Assembly (NCBI GenBank): GCA_001179505.1
Contig: CDMY01000642.1
Span: 1 to 37,577 of the forward strand
Direction of reading: 5' to 3'
From: Vitrella brassicaformis CCMP3155
Lineage: Eukaryota; Protista; Chromerida
Length of the DNA: 37,577 bases
Shown one piece after another: positions 1-11,875 of this stretch; within the stretch, counting starts at the first letter, position 1, and the number at the start of each line of letters is the position of its first letter. Position numbers and translations under genes: made by a program. The notes under the pieces were generated by a model. That model did no database searches. It worked only from the letters and a program-made list of their open reading frames with translations, and was not told the DNA's origin.

Positions 1-850
1 CGAAGTGAGATCTGTGTTGACCACCCTTCATGATGCCATACATGGACAGAAACAACTTTGACTGACTGGCCAGTCCATCGGTCTTATTAAAGTAAAAGCA
101 CTCCTACTCTGGGACTTACCGCCCAGCAGATCCTCTATTCAGCTAACTACAGGAAAGGTCCTCACCGGCCTTTTCGCACAGCAACGACCTGTAGAGGACA
201 GTCAGCAACCGATTTCATCGGATGCCGCCCTTTTCTGCTTCTCACTGAGATGCCGAGTGACGACCGATGCGTATGAGCGACGAGCAAGTACGTAGAGGGG
301 ATGCATATGAGGCAGATGAAGTGTATTGTTGTGTTTGTATTGCCGAACTGTATTGTTTTGGGTTCAGATCTGCTTCCGATCTCTATCGCGTATCCACCGA
401 TTCAGCCATCTGTATCTCACGACACCGACATGCGTCTGGACTCTCCGCAGCAAGCCCTCCGCCGGTGCTTTTGGTCGGGATATCCGTGCCTCGCGTTTCG
501 AGCGGCGGGGTGGTGATGCGAAGTGGACACCTCGCATCGATGTTTGTCTATGTGGATCTGTGTCGCGAGTCCCGTCTACCCCTCCGACAAGGTGTGTACG
601 AACCGGAAGGAAGAGCAGACAGACAGGAGGACGCATACATGGAATGAATGGATGTGTACCGACCTTCTGCCGCACACACAACCGACCTGTATGTGGGTGT
701 TCCCGCATCCACGTGACCACCGCCTCCGCGTATGTGTGCAGCCGACGGCCGCGTCCACCGTATATGTGAGCATAAAGTGTTTGTTCTGCTCGTGCGCATG
801 TGTATTTCGACGGATGTGTTGTGTGTCCGTCGATGGGTGCGTGCGAGTGA

Positions 851-935
851 CTGTCTGCCTGTCTGACTGTCTGCCTGTCTGCCTGGATAGATGGATGGAT
901 GGATGGATGTGTGTATGGATGGATACATGGATGGG
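851..935. repeat. Compound microsatellite (CTGT/CTGC then GGAT)
   Basis: ctgtctgcctgtctgactgtctgcctgtctgcct is followed by (ggat)n-rich sequence. Confidence 0.85.
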
Positions 936-2035
936 AATCGATGGGTGCGTACGTATGGGAAGAAGGGCGTTGAGGAAGGGAACCCTTGCATAATGTGATG
1001 CATGCCGTCTGTAGCCAACGTACATGTCAGTGGAGCAGCCCAGGTGCTGCAGGCAGCCAGACATGTATGGGTGCATTGCAGAGGGGTTTGCCTTGAGCAG
1101 AGCAGCTGAGAACAGACGAGGATAGAGCAGCCCGAGGTGCCTGTAGCGCAGCTGTATTTCGTGTCGTGGTTGAGCAAGCTAGCCGTGTAGCCAGCGCTGC
1201 TAGCTAAACCGTTAGAACGGACACCACAGGATTGGAGTTTCCCAGCCTTTCGGCTTTGGCAGCCCTTTGTGGCGTTGTTGCGTATCGTGATTGGACTCTG
1301 CGTGCTGTTTCTTTGCTTCTCAACGGGTTCCCTCCCCTGTGTCTGTTCCCACTGTCGCTGAGGACATCACCTGGACGTCGTCACTCCCCTCTCCCACGTC
1401 ACGTCATCATTCACACCATCATCCCCCTATCCATTGCCACTAGAGCCAGTCACCCCTCTCTCTCACACCACACTTTACCCGCACGTACAGAGAGGGCGGT
1501 GGCGCGTTGGTGCTCCTTTTCTGTCTGTTGTCTGTCTGCCTCTGTCTTGTCACACATCTCACACACCCAGAGAGGCACAGAGGAGAGGATACGCCAACGT
1601 ATCAATGGCTAATTTGGAGGTGGCGAAGTGAAGAGGGTTTAAACGTGTTTTCAATGGCTAAAACAAGCCTCAAAATAGCTAAAACAAGCCTCAGAATAAC
1701 ATTTCTTGCCCCCCCNNNNNNNNNNNNNNNNNNNNNNNNNNNNNNNNNNNNNNNNNNNNNNNNNNNNNNNNNNNNNNNNNNNNNNNNNNNNNNNNNNNNN
1801 NNNNNNNNNNNNNNNNNNNNNNNNNNNNNNNNNNNNNNNNNNNNNNNNNNNNNNNNNNNNNNNNNNNNNNNNNNNNNNNNNNNNNNNNNNNNNNNNNNNN
1901 NNNNNNNNNNNNNNNNNNNNNNNNNNNNNNNNNNNNNNNNNNNNNNNNNNNNNNNNNNNNNNNNNNNNNNNNNNNNNNNNNNNNNNNNNNNNNNNNNNNN
2001 NNNNNNNNNNNNNNNCGCCCCCCCTCGGTCATCGT

Positions 2036-2173
2036 CTAAAGTTCTTAAAATTTCTCCTCGATTTTTTTCTTCATTTGCATTGTTTTAAATATTTTTCGCC
2101 TATTTGCGGGTTTTTAATATTTTTCGGCACATTTGGGACGTTTTAAAAAATGCCCGATCAGGGGAGGAGGCTT
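2036..2173 (+). repeat. AT-rich ~135-bp repeat, left copy of an inverted pair (partner 20957-21095)
   Basis: ...atatttttcggcacatttgggacgttttaaaaaatgcccgatcaggggaggaggctt aligns by eye to the reverse complement of 20957-21095. The inner ~65 bp are nearly identical. Confidence 0.85.
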
Positions 2174-2255
2174 CCACGAGGTGACCCATACGCTCCCCGT
2201 GCCCAACTTTGTAGAGCTGATGGAGACCGCATGCGCACACCCAGCAGCGTTTCGT

Positions 2256-2283
2256 GTTGTTGTTGTTGTTGTTGTTGTTGTTT
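2256..2283. repeat. (GTT)n/(AAC)n microsatellite
   Basis: About 9 tandem GTT units. Confidence 0.9.
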
Positions 2284-2475
2284 TTGTTGCCTGGCCTGGC
2301 TGAAGATTGCCGTTCAGGCTTGCTTAACACGAACAGACGAACTTCGTCGCCCGTTCATGTATCTGTCGATTTGGTAAGAAATTGTCTGTCGAGATGTAGA
2401 CAGTCTTTTTGTCATTTGTCTCTCGACGATCCTGTACGGCGTGGATCCTGTAAGCCGTCACGATGATAGCCCAGG

Positions 2476-5400
2476 TCAACACAGGAGCTCGGTCTTCTTT
2501 GGGTTGTCGGTTATCAGATAGAGGCCATGCTCGCTGCACTGCAAAGACTCCTGGCCTCCAGTGAACTGTTTGAACTCATTGTTGATGCGTTCCAAGTCCA
2601 CGGACGTCTTCCTTGCGTACACGGCCACGTGCCACTCTCGGCTCATGCGCTGAAAGGCCTCGCGCTCCTCGTCCTCATCATAGAGCTTGTCGACCTCCGA
2701 GTTCTCCACGGTGCCGTCCCCGTCCTGGCTGCTGCCCAGCGTCTCCGTCCACCACCCACATTGCAGGCCTCCCCAGCGGACCAGGTGACGCGTGCCATAG
2801 TGAGACACGGGGCCACCAATAGCTGTCTGCACAGCACGAGGGAGCTGCCGATCACCCTGTGATGTGTCGATGGCCCCCAAGAGCCTCAGCTCGTAGTCTT
2901 GCTCCAGGACTCTAATATCGGTGGCTGGAGCGGACGGGCGAAACGCTGCCGTGTTAGGGAAGCTGTCGTTGGTAAGGACTATGAGTGGGGGCGCTGAGAA
3001 GTCGGTGCCAGAAGCACTGCTGTCAGACTGCCGCAGCTGGCTGAGTGTCGCTTCCACCGAGGCGCTGCAGACGGGCGCGAGACGCGTGCGCACAGGGTCG
3101 GACGTGTTGTCCCACGGCACCCACGCCGCATCGGTTATGTCTCGACACAAAACCCCAACGCCACGACGCCGGAGGCTAGGGAATTGCTGGCCAGCACCGT
3201 TGCAGATCAAAGGCAGGCTGCCGAGTAGGGTGCCGATAACGTGGCCCTGTCGCTCCATGAATCCTGCAATCCCCTTCTTGCCGCGGTAGGCGAGCACCCG
3301 CCGCAGGACTGATGCGATGTTGTGACGCACTGACTGCGGGTTCACTGCATCGCACCCTTTCACGATGCCATTGTATACAGACGGGATGGTAAGAGCGATG
3401 CGCAGGAAGGTAGTGAGCACACCATCGCCGATGGGCAGATAGGGCATCGCCTGCGGACGTAAACCATGACGATCGATGAACTGCGATATGAGGAGTGGCC
3501 GCGTCTTGTCCGGCTTTGGTTTCATCTGTCCCCCCTGCGCCAACTGTGGAGAAGCTGCCTGCGGTGCGGGCGCCTGCTGCTGTGCGCCGGCTGCCGTGTG
3601 GTGGTCCAGGGAGACACTGGGCTCGCTCGAAGCCATGACCATGTGCTTCCATTTAGTGGCCGCGCACTCAGCAGGAACGTACATTCCCGTCCCCGCACAT
3701 CTGTTCACCTGAAGTGAGCAAACATAGGCACAAAGTGCAGATGGTCAGATGGTCCAGCACACCTTGGCATGCGTCATGTCTCGCTCCGTCGCGTCAAGGA
3801 ACTGCCGCATTTCGGAGATCATGTATCGGGGAAGGATTCGGCGGCTCTCATGGTAGAACAGCAGGTCTTGCCGGTAGTTGAGCACAATGCGCTCGATCTC
3901 TTCGAACCGTCCCGAGGGATCGATGATGTTCCACCGGTTTCGCTTTGTAATGTTGAATGATCGGAGGCCCCTGTAGCCTCCAGACAGCTCGACCTGCACA
4001 TCACCGTTGATCAACGGATATTATAAACACAGGTCGGTCGCCTACCATGTGCGATGAGTGCGAGTTGAACCGCAGTCTGCCTGCCTTCTGAACGCAGGGA
4101 GAGACACGAGCCGCGGCCAATCGGTCGATCCCGGGCACCTCCGTCACGTCTGGCACAGGCGGTCGAGGGACGTGCACAGCAGACACCCCGCCCTTCTGAT
4201 GCAATGGGCACATGCCGATGCACAGCCCCTTCGTTGGTAAGTAGTGTAAAGGCGGCATCGCCGTCCAGTACTTCAGTAGAGGGTGCGGCCCGCTCGTGAA
4301 ATAGTCAGGGCGCAGGCCAACGGAGAAACGCTGATAGATGTTGATAGCCGGAGACACGTACTTAAGGTCGATGACGTCAAGGATGTGCTCGAAGGGGACC
4401 CAGCAGGCCTCGTCGAGGAAGAAGTTGCACCCCAGCCCGCAGACATGCTATGTATACCCACAACGAACAAAGGTTTGAGACAGCACCTTTACCCGATCTG
4501 TGCCTGATGGCGCTTACTTCGGGCATGGCGTGATCGTTGAGGCTGTCGATTATGGCGCCTGCGCGGCCTGCACGCTTTCTGGCCATGAAAAAATTATACT
4601 CCTCTGTGACATCACGGAAGTGATGTGATAGGGAAGCGTCCTCCATCATCACCTGCAGCCGGGTGTCCCGAGCATGGCCGTCTTGTACGATAAACTCTGG
4701 CGCGCCCTCCCACAGCCTGCGAATGGACGGGTCGAGGGCCCTCCAGAGTGTGGAGCCGCACTCGAATCGCCGATATTTCAACAGCTCCCAGAAAGTCGCC
4801 GCCCATCGCCAGCGCCAGTCTGCTGCCGTCACGGTAGGCTTTGTCAGATATGTTCGGCAATCAGTGCAAACGATGAACGCTCGTATGTCTCCGTCGGATA
4901 GCTGGCGACTGATGTCACCGCAGCGTCCCGCGCGAATTGCCAGCTTGCCGCTGCGGAGGTCATGTGAGGTGAGGACACAGCCTTTCACGTGGATTGACGG
5001 ATGGCGCCGCTCTCCTGCGACGTCTATACGTCGCCGGCAGTTCTCGCAGCGCAGCAGATGAGGATCGATGTCCTGCGTGACCCCACCAGTCGTCGTCGAA
5101 GTCGATTGGTCGCCTTCAAAGAGTTGTCGCAGCGGGCAGTTCCGTGACGACTGTTGAGGGTGACTCAAGCGGTCGAAACAGTATCGACACGACGCCTGTG
5201 CGCTGAACTGCATCACGTCAGTTTCCTCTTCGTCACTCATCTCATGTGCCGGCTCTTCAGCCTCACCGACTGTCTCAAGTCCATCGTCCCCAAAGAGAAG
5301 GTATGGACAGTTGCGGGCGTCGTGATCCTCCTGATAACATATCCGGCAGCGTCGCCGTCGGGGCCCGTTTACCTCTCCTTCTGGCGGTGCTTGCGGACAG

Positions 5401-6341
5401 GTGCGAATGTCGTGCCCCGGCAAATGACATCGGCTGCAGCGACGCTGTCGAGCGGCCGTTTGTTCATGGTGGGCAGCCAAGTAAGACGGACACGTCCGAA
5501 TGTTGTGACCAGTGCGACCACAATGCGAGCAAGACTGGATCTGCGGATGGCGTCGGCGCCGTCGTTGTTGCGGCTCATCTTCAGCACCGTCTCCCTGCTC
5601 GTGGATACGCTGCATGTTCCCATACAAGCTGTGCATAAGCCGGTTCCAGCACTCTTTCAGCACCGCCCCAAAGCCACTGTCCGTAGCCACCCAGTCACCA
5701 AGATACGAGCGTCCGACACTCTCCCCCCTGCAAGACACCACACAACAAACGCAACATGTTTGCGTGCCATTCGTTCCAAAAGGATCCAATTTAGCGGCAT
5801 TCGCATGGTCCAAGGTCCATTTCATTGTCAAAGCTCTCAAACTCTTGCTCTCAGGACTCTCAAAGTCTCGCTCTCAAGGTCTCTCAGAGTCTCGCCCTCA
5901 GGGCTCTCAAAGTGTCGCTCTCAGGGCTCTCAAAGTCTCGCTCTCAGGGCTCTCAATGTCTCACTCTCAGGGCTCAGCCAAGCGCCTTCTCCCCTTACCA
6001 ACCCCCACTTCCCCCCACTGCACTGCAGCAAGCTGCCTCCCTCCCCTTCCCTTTCCCCGTCTTGAAAAAACTCTTGATGCCTGTCTGAAAAATCAGCAAT
6101 TGAGCGAAATGCGTGCAGGCACCTACGTGTTGGTGTTGTTGTTGTTATTGTTGTTGTTGTTCGATCGGTTGCGGCTATGGCCACGGCCACGCCCGCGGCG
6201 AGGGCCACGCGAACGACGACTTGAAATGGCCATAGCAGACACATAGAGACACAGAGAGACTCTGAGGCTCAAACACTGCAAGTACAAAATGTGTACTAGT
6301 TACCGTGTTGCTGGGGTGTGTGATTGCCGACGGCGACGGTT
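2476..6341 (-). CDS. Multi-exon gene: 3x CCHC zinc knuckle plus a Cys-rich domain of unknown function (possible Helitron-replicase N-terminal region). 5' end unresolved.
   Basis: Exons 5727-4518, 4447-4046, 3993-3763 and 3708-2476 are joined by GT-AG phase-0 introns (4517-4448, 4045-3994, 3762-3709) without stops. The joins read MPE|HVCGLGCNFF, SHM|VELSGGY and HAK|VNRCAG. The knuckles CSHCGRTGHNIRTC, CSRCHLPGHDIRTC and CRICYQEDHDARNC are exact C-x2-C-x4-H-x4-C. Upstream exons 6341-6304 and 6219-6127 are phase-compatible but less certain. An unspliced ATG at 5825 is an alternative start. Confidence 0.75.
5825..5975. repeat. 23-bp minisatellite, ~6 degenerate copies (probably intronic)
   Basis: Unit ctctcagggctctcaaagtctcg, for example at 5918-5940 and 5941-5963. 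Confidence 0.8.
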
Positions 6342-7229
6342 CTGTGGCAATCTCCGCTCCCACTTTCTCCTCCCTCCCGCCCCTCCTCTCTTGGTTGGGA
6401 ACCGCAGCAACGAAGGGATGTACAGAAACAGGAGGAACCCGTCGTGCAGCTGGTTGGTGTCGCCGTCGGGGCTGACCAGCGCGTCTGCCGCCTCCATCAC
6501 GTCAGCCATGTTGATCCTTGCTGGGGGGGGATCCTTGCCTCCGTCGGGATGCCCATGCGCCAGGCCGCCGAGTGCTGCTCCTCTGTGCGGTTCCTCAGGA
6601 GCGCCAGCCCTCTCTCCGGGATCGTCTTGGTCGGCCCACGCGTGCCGTTGCGTGCTGATGCGGCGCGGCGGCTGCCGCCCCCATTGTGGTCTCCCCCGTC
6701 GCCGCCCCCACCCGTGCCGTCGCCTGGCTCGTCGGGGTTCCCGCCATCGCCGCCTCCTCCTCTCGCCGCGACACGCCCTCGCCCCCCGCCTCGCCCCCTC
6801 CCCCGTCCTCTCCCTGACCCTCTGCCGCGTCATCTGCCGCCTCTGCCCCCTCTCGTGTTGCTGGCATGGTTGTTTGCGTTTGTTGGCGGCTGAGGGGGTC
6901 GTGGAGGTGGTTGGGACGGTTGAGAGGGCNNNNNNNNNNNNNNNNNNNNNNNNNNNNNNNNNNNNNNNNNNNNNNNNNNNNNNNNNNNNNNNNNNNNNNN
7001 NNNNNNNNNNNNNNNNNNNNNNNNNNNNNNNNNNNNNNNNNNNNNNNNNNNNNNNNNNNNNNNNNNNNNNNNNNNNNNNNNNNNNNNNNNNNNNNNNNNN
7101 NNNNNNNNNNNNNNNNNNNNNNNNNNNNNNNNNNNNNNNNNNNNNNNNNNNNNNNNNNNNNNNNNNNNNNNNNNNNNNNNNNNNNNNNNNNNNNNNNNNN
7201 NNNNNNNNNNNNNNNNNNNNNNNNNNNNN

Positions 7230-9319
7230 CCCGCTGGGGTGCCGACTGCGCACTGGAGAGGGGCGAAGTAGGCGGCCATCTTGTTTTTGTGCTGCATGCA
7301 CACTGCTCTCGTCACCCATCACCGCACTGCATCCCCCACCGCCACCGGCCGCACCTTGCCGTGCCTTTTCGTTAGTGCCATCAGATTCGCGGTGCCGAGC
7401 AGCTTGGTGACAAGCTGTGGGAGCTTCGCGCTCAGCAGCCGTCTGATGATCTTGGGGAAGGGGATGCGCTCCTCTCCCTGCCGGAGCCCATGCTTCGACA
7501 AGTTGAGGTAGCCCAGCAGATGCTCGAACCGCCAGCCGGACGGCCCTGGCGCTGCGCCTTTTGCTGCTGAGCGGAGTGCCTTCGCGAGCATCTTGGGTGG
7601 GACGTCGAGTGCCTCGGGCTCCACGTTGACGTCCGGCTTGGTGACGGGCGTGTTGCGTGAGGGGTGGAGGGCTTGCAGCTTGGCGTATGTCTCCTCCGTG
7701 GCTGGGGCGACTGGGGTGGAGTCCAGCTTCTTGGCCGCTCGTGTGAATTCCCCAAGCTCCACTAGCCGCTTGGCTGTCATGAACGCCCTCTGCGTCGCCG
7801 TGTCGTGGGTGGGGTGGGCGGGTGTGTGGTGGATGGCCGGTATCGTCTCGGTGCTCTTTAGTGCGAAATCGACCCCCTCGCGTAGCAGCAGCTCCCATTC
7901 CCCCTCCCAAAACAGCCGAAACCTCCGCTCCCACTTTCTCCTCCCTCCCGCCCCTCCTCTCTTGGTTGGGAACAGCAGCAACGAAGGGATGTACAGAAAC
8001 AGGAGGAACCCGTCGTCCAGCTGGTTGGTGTCGCCGTCGGGGCTGACCAGCGCGTCTGCCGCCTCTATCACGTCAGCCATGTCGATCCTTGCCTGTGGGA
8101 GGATCCTTGCCTCCGTCGGGATGCCCATGCGCCAGGCCGCCGAGTGCTGCTCCTCTGTGCGGTTCCTCAGGAGCGCCAGCCCTCTCTCCGGGATCGTCTT
8201 GGTCGGCCCACGCGTGCCGTTGCGTGCTGATGCGGCGCGGCGGCTGCCGCCCCCATTGTGGTCTCCCCCATCGCCGCCCCCACCCGTGTCGTCGCCTGGC
8301 TCGTCGGGGTCCCCGCCATCCCCGCCTCCTCCTCTCGGCGCGACACGCCCTCGCCCCCCGCCTCGGCCCCTCCCCCGTCCTCTCCCTGACCCTCTGCCGC
8401 CTCGTCTGCCGCCTCTGCCCCCTCTCGTGTTGCTGGCATGGTTGTTTGCGTTTGTTGGCGGCTGAGGGGGTCGTGGAGGTGGTTGAGACGGTTGAGAGGG
8501 CTGTTGAGAGGGCTGTTGGGATGGTGGGGCCAGGCCTGATGGGCGACCTCTGATTGCCACCCATATGTGTGTCGGCGGCCGTGCTGGTTGTCCTGGCGGC
8601 GCCCCTCTCTGCATCGGGATCCATACGCCCGCCTCATGCCTTGGGGCGGCGTTTCGCTGGGTTCTAGGGCGCCAGGCGAGTGTGGGGGCCGGTGGTGGTG
8701 CGTCTGGCTGCGTGGTGGGGCGCCGCTCCTGTCGTGTGTGGGGCGGAGGGTGTTGCGCGGGGGGTTGGGATCGATGCCGACACTCACCCGAGTCAGAAGC
8801 ACGAGGGTGGATTGAGTGTGGGTTCGATTCCGATAGGAGGTTTTCTTGCTGTGAGCCGCCCCGCTCCTCTTGGCTCTCGTCCTGGTCCTCTTGCCCCTCC
8901 CCGTACTGATAGTCTCCCTCCATGTACTCGCACTCGCCCTCAGGCGCTTCTCCCTCTTGCACGCTGCTTGAGGCGGGCTGTGGGGCGTGTTGCTGGCTCA
9001 CGGGTCGCCAGACGCTCCTGCTGGTCCTCGGTGGTGTGTCCGGGTGGGCGGCGGACCGTTGGGTGGGTGCGACGGCTTCTGGCCGGGCGGCTTGTTGGCT
9101 GGTGGGCCGCCAGACGCCTCTGATAGGTCCTGGTGGTGCGGGCGGCTGCGTGGCGGGCTGCTCAGTGGGGGCGGTTGCCTCTGGCGGGGCGGCTGGCCGG
9201 CTGACGGGCCGCCACTCCCGTCCGCTGCGCTGCTGGGGCTGCTGTGTGGCGGTCTCGTCTGTGGCTGCCTCCTCCTCGTCGATGGTCTCCAGCGCTTGAA
9301 AGGGGTTGGGCGACCGCAT
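7230..9319 (-). pseudogene. CRE-like retrotransposon ORF fragment: low-complexity/RGG region plus N-terminal part of the reverse transcriptase, cut by the gap
   Basis: AKRLVELGEFTRAAKKL...LQALHP...AAPGPSGWRFEHL...LMALTKRHGKVRPVAVGDAVR, then VTRAVC...FAPLQCAVGTPA. These are the RT domain 0-2 motifs typical of CRE-clade elements. No YxDD motif or endonuclease is visible in the window. Confidence 0.85.
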
Positions 9320-10066
9320 GGCTGATTGTCCGCCCCNNNNNNNNNNNNNNNNNNNNNNNNNNNNNNNNNNNNNNNNNNNNNNNNNNNNNNNNNNNNNNNN
9401 NNNNNNNNNNNNNNNNNNNNNNNNNNNNNNNNNNNNNNNNNNNNNNNNNNNNNNNNNNNNNNNNNNNNNNNNNNNNNNNNNNNNNNNNNNNNNNNNNNNN
9501 NNNNNNNNNNNNNNNNNNNNNNNNNNNNNNNNNNNNNNNNNNNNNNNNNNNNNNNNNNNNNNNNNNNNNNNNNNNNNNNNNNNNNNNNNNNNNNNNNNNN
9601 NNNNNNNNNNNNNNNNNNNNNNNNNNNNNNNNNNNNCTCCATCACGTCAGCCATGTTGATCCTTGCTGGGGGGGGATCCTTGCCTCCGTCGGGATGCCCA
9701 TGCGCCAGGCCGCCGAGTGCTGCTCCTCTGTGCGGTTCCTCAGGAGCGCCAGCCCTCTCTCCGGGATCGTCTTGGTCGGCCCACGCGTGCCGTTGCGTGC
9801 TGATGCGGCGCGGCGGCTGCCGCCCCCATTGTGGTCTCCCCCATCGCCGCCCCCACCCGTGTCGTCGCCTGGCTCGTCGGGGTCCCCGCCATCGCCGCCT
9901 CCTCCTCTCGGCGCGACACGCCCTCGCCCCCCACCTCGGCCCCTCCCCCGTCCTCTCCCTGACCCTCTGCCGCTTCGTCTGCCGCCTCTGCCCCCTCTCG
10001 TGTTGCTGGCATGGTTGTTTGCGTTTGTTGGCGGCTGAGGGGGTCGTGGAGGTGGTTGGGACGGTT

Positions 10067-10140
10067 GAGAGGGCTGTTGAGAGGGCTGTTGAGAGGGCTG
10101 TTGAGAGGGCTGTTGAGAGGGCTGTTGAGAGGGCTGTTGG
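10067..10140 (-). repeat. 12-bp in-frame VNTR (encodes QQPS) in the retroelement ORF
   Basis: gagagggctgtt x6 here, x2 at ~8494-8518 and x3 at ~13873-13908. Confidence 0.9.
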
Positions 10141-10407
10141 GATGGTGGGGCCAGGCCTGGTGGGCGACCTCTGATTGCCACCCATATGTGTGTCGGCGGC
10201 TGTGCTGGTTGTCCCGGCGCCCTTCTCTGCATCGGGATCCATACGCCCGCCTCATGCCTTGAAGCGGCGTTTCGCTGGATTCTTGGACGCCAGACAAGTG
10301 TGGGGGCCGGTGGTGGTGCGTCTGGCTGCGTGATGGGGCGCCACTTCTGTCGTGTGTGTGGCGGAGGGTGTTGCGCGGGGGGTTGAGATCGATGCCGACA
10401 CTCACCC

Positions 10408-11785
10408 GAGTGAGAAGCACGAGGGTGCATACCTGAGTGAGAAGCACGATGGTGCATACCTGAGTGAGAAGCACAAGGGTGCATACCTGAGTGAGAAGCA
10501 CGAGGGTGCATTGAGTGTGGGTTCGATTCCGATAGGAGGTTTTCTTGCTGTGAGCCGCCCCGCTCCTCTTGGCTCTCGCCCTGGTCCTCTTGCCCCTCCC
10601 CGTATTGATAGTCTCCCTCTATGTACTCGCACTCGCCCTCAGGCACTTCTTCGTCTTGCACGCTGCTTGAGGCGGGCTGTGGGGCGTTGCCAGCTCACGA
10701 GTCGCCAGACGCTCCTGCTGGTCCTCGGTGGTATGTCGGGGTGGGCGGCGGATTGTTGGGTGGGTGCGGCGGCTTCTGGCCGGGCGGCTGGTTGGCTGGC
10801 GGGCCGCCGGACGCCTCTGGTAGGCCCTGGTGGTGCGGGTGGCTGGGTGGCGGGCTGCTCAGTGGAAGCGGTTGCTTCTGGCGGGGCGGCTGGTCGGCTG
10901 ACGGGCCGCCACTCCCGTCCGCTGCGCTGCTGGGGCTGTTGTGTGGCGGTCTCGTCTGTGTCTCCCTCCTCTTCGTCGATGGTCTCTAGCGCTTGAAACG
11001 AGTTGGGCGACCGCATGGCTGGTTGTCCGCCCCTGGTGCGCTGAGGCCGCCGGGCCACCGATTTGGGGAGCTGGAAGCCTCTCGGGAGGTATATTTGCCG
11101 TTGTCTCCTGCCGTGCTGCCGCCCCTGTCGTCGCGTTGCGAGAGACATATTGGCGCGGGACGCCGTGCTGCTGGTCCTCGGGCGGGTGTTGTTGTTTTGC
11201 CTCCTCGGTTGTGCTGCCTCTGCCGCTCCATTCGACGGCCCGCTCGCCGCCAGTGTGGCCGCCTCCCTCCTGGTATTGACCACGTCGACCCACGCCCTCC
11301 CCCCCGCCTGCTCCGTGTTCTCGCTGGGCTGCTGGGACGGCTCTGTCNNNNNNNNNNNNNNNNNNNNNNNNNNNNNNNNNNNNNNNNNNNNNNNNNNNNN
11401 NNNNNNNNNNNNNNNNNNNNNNNNNNNNNNNNNNNNNNNNNNNNNNNNNNNNNNNNNNNNNNNNNNNNNNNNNNNNNNNNNNNNNNNNNNNNNNNNNNNN
11501 NNNNNNNNNNNNNNNNNNNNNNNNNNNNNNNNNNNNNNNNNNNNNNNNNNNNNNNNNNNNNNNNNNNNNNNNNNNNNNNNNNNNNNNNNNNNNNNNNNNN
11601 NNNNNNNNNNNNNNNNNNNNNNNNNNNNNNNNNNNNNNNNNNNNNNNCATACCTGAGTGAGAAGCACGAGGGTGCATACCTGAGTGAGAAGCACGAGGGT
11701 GCATACCTGAGTGAGAAGCACGAGGGTGCATACCTGAGTGAGAAGCACGAGGGTGCATACCTGAGTGAGAAGCACGAGGGTGCAT
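10408..11785 (-). repeat. 27-bp in-frame VNTR (encodes HPRASHSGM); two arrays, 10408-10510 and 11648-11785
   Basis: Unit gagtgagaagcacgagggtgcatacct. About 4 copies in one segment, at least 5 in the next (runs into the gap), and a single copy at ~8790-8815. Confidence 0.9.
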
Positions 11786-11875
11786 TGAGTGTGGGTTCCA
11801 TTCCGATAGGAGGTTTTCTTGCTGTGAGCCGCTCCGCTCCTCTTGGCTCTCGCCCTGGTCCTCCTGCCCCTCCCC

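Noticed and set aside
1-1177. Minus-strand multi-exon gene (e.g. RHEIQLRYRHLGLLYPRLFSAALLK...)
   Set aside because: Some segments look protein-like, but I could not build a phase-consistent exon chain or recognise a motif.
1177-1262. Helitron 3' end downstream of the knuckle gene (ccgtt-ct-aacgg then CTAG) and a 12-nt match to the 390-bp repeat
   Set aside because: The stem is only 5 bp and the match only 12 nt, both compatible with chance.
5300-5535. Zinc knuckles as an LTR-retrotransposon gag
   Set aside because: There is no protease, RT or integrase downstream, the gene has spliceosomal introns, and there are no LTRs.
11648-11785. 27-bp direct repeats as a CRISPR array
   Set aside because: The units are contiguous with no spacers, lie in a eukaryotic retroelement ORF, and there are no cas genes.
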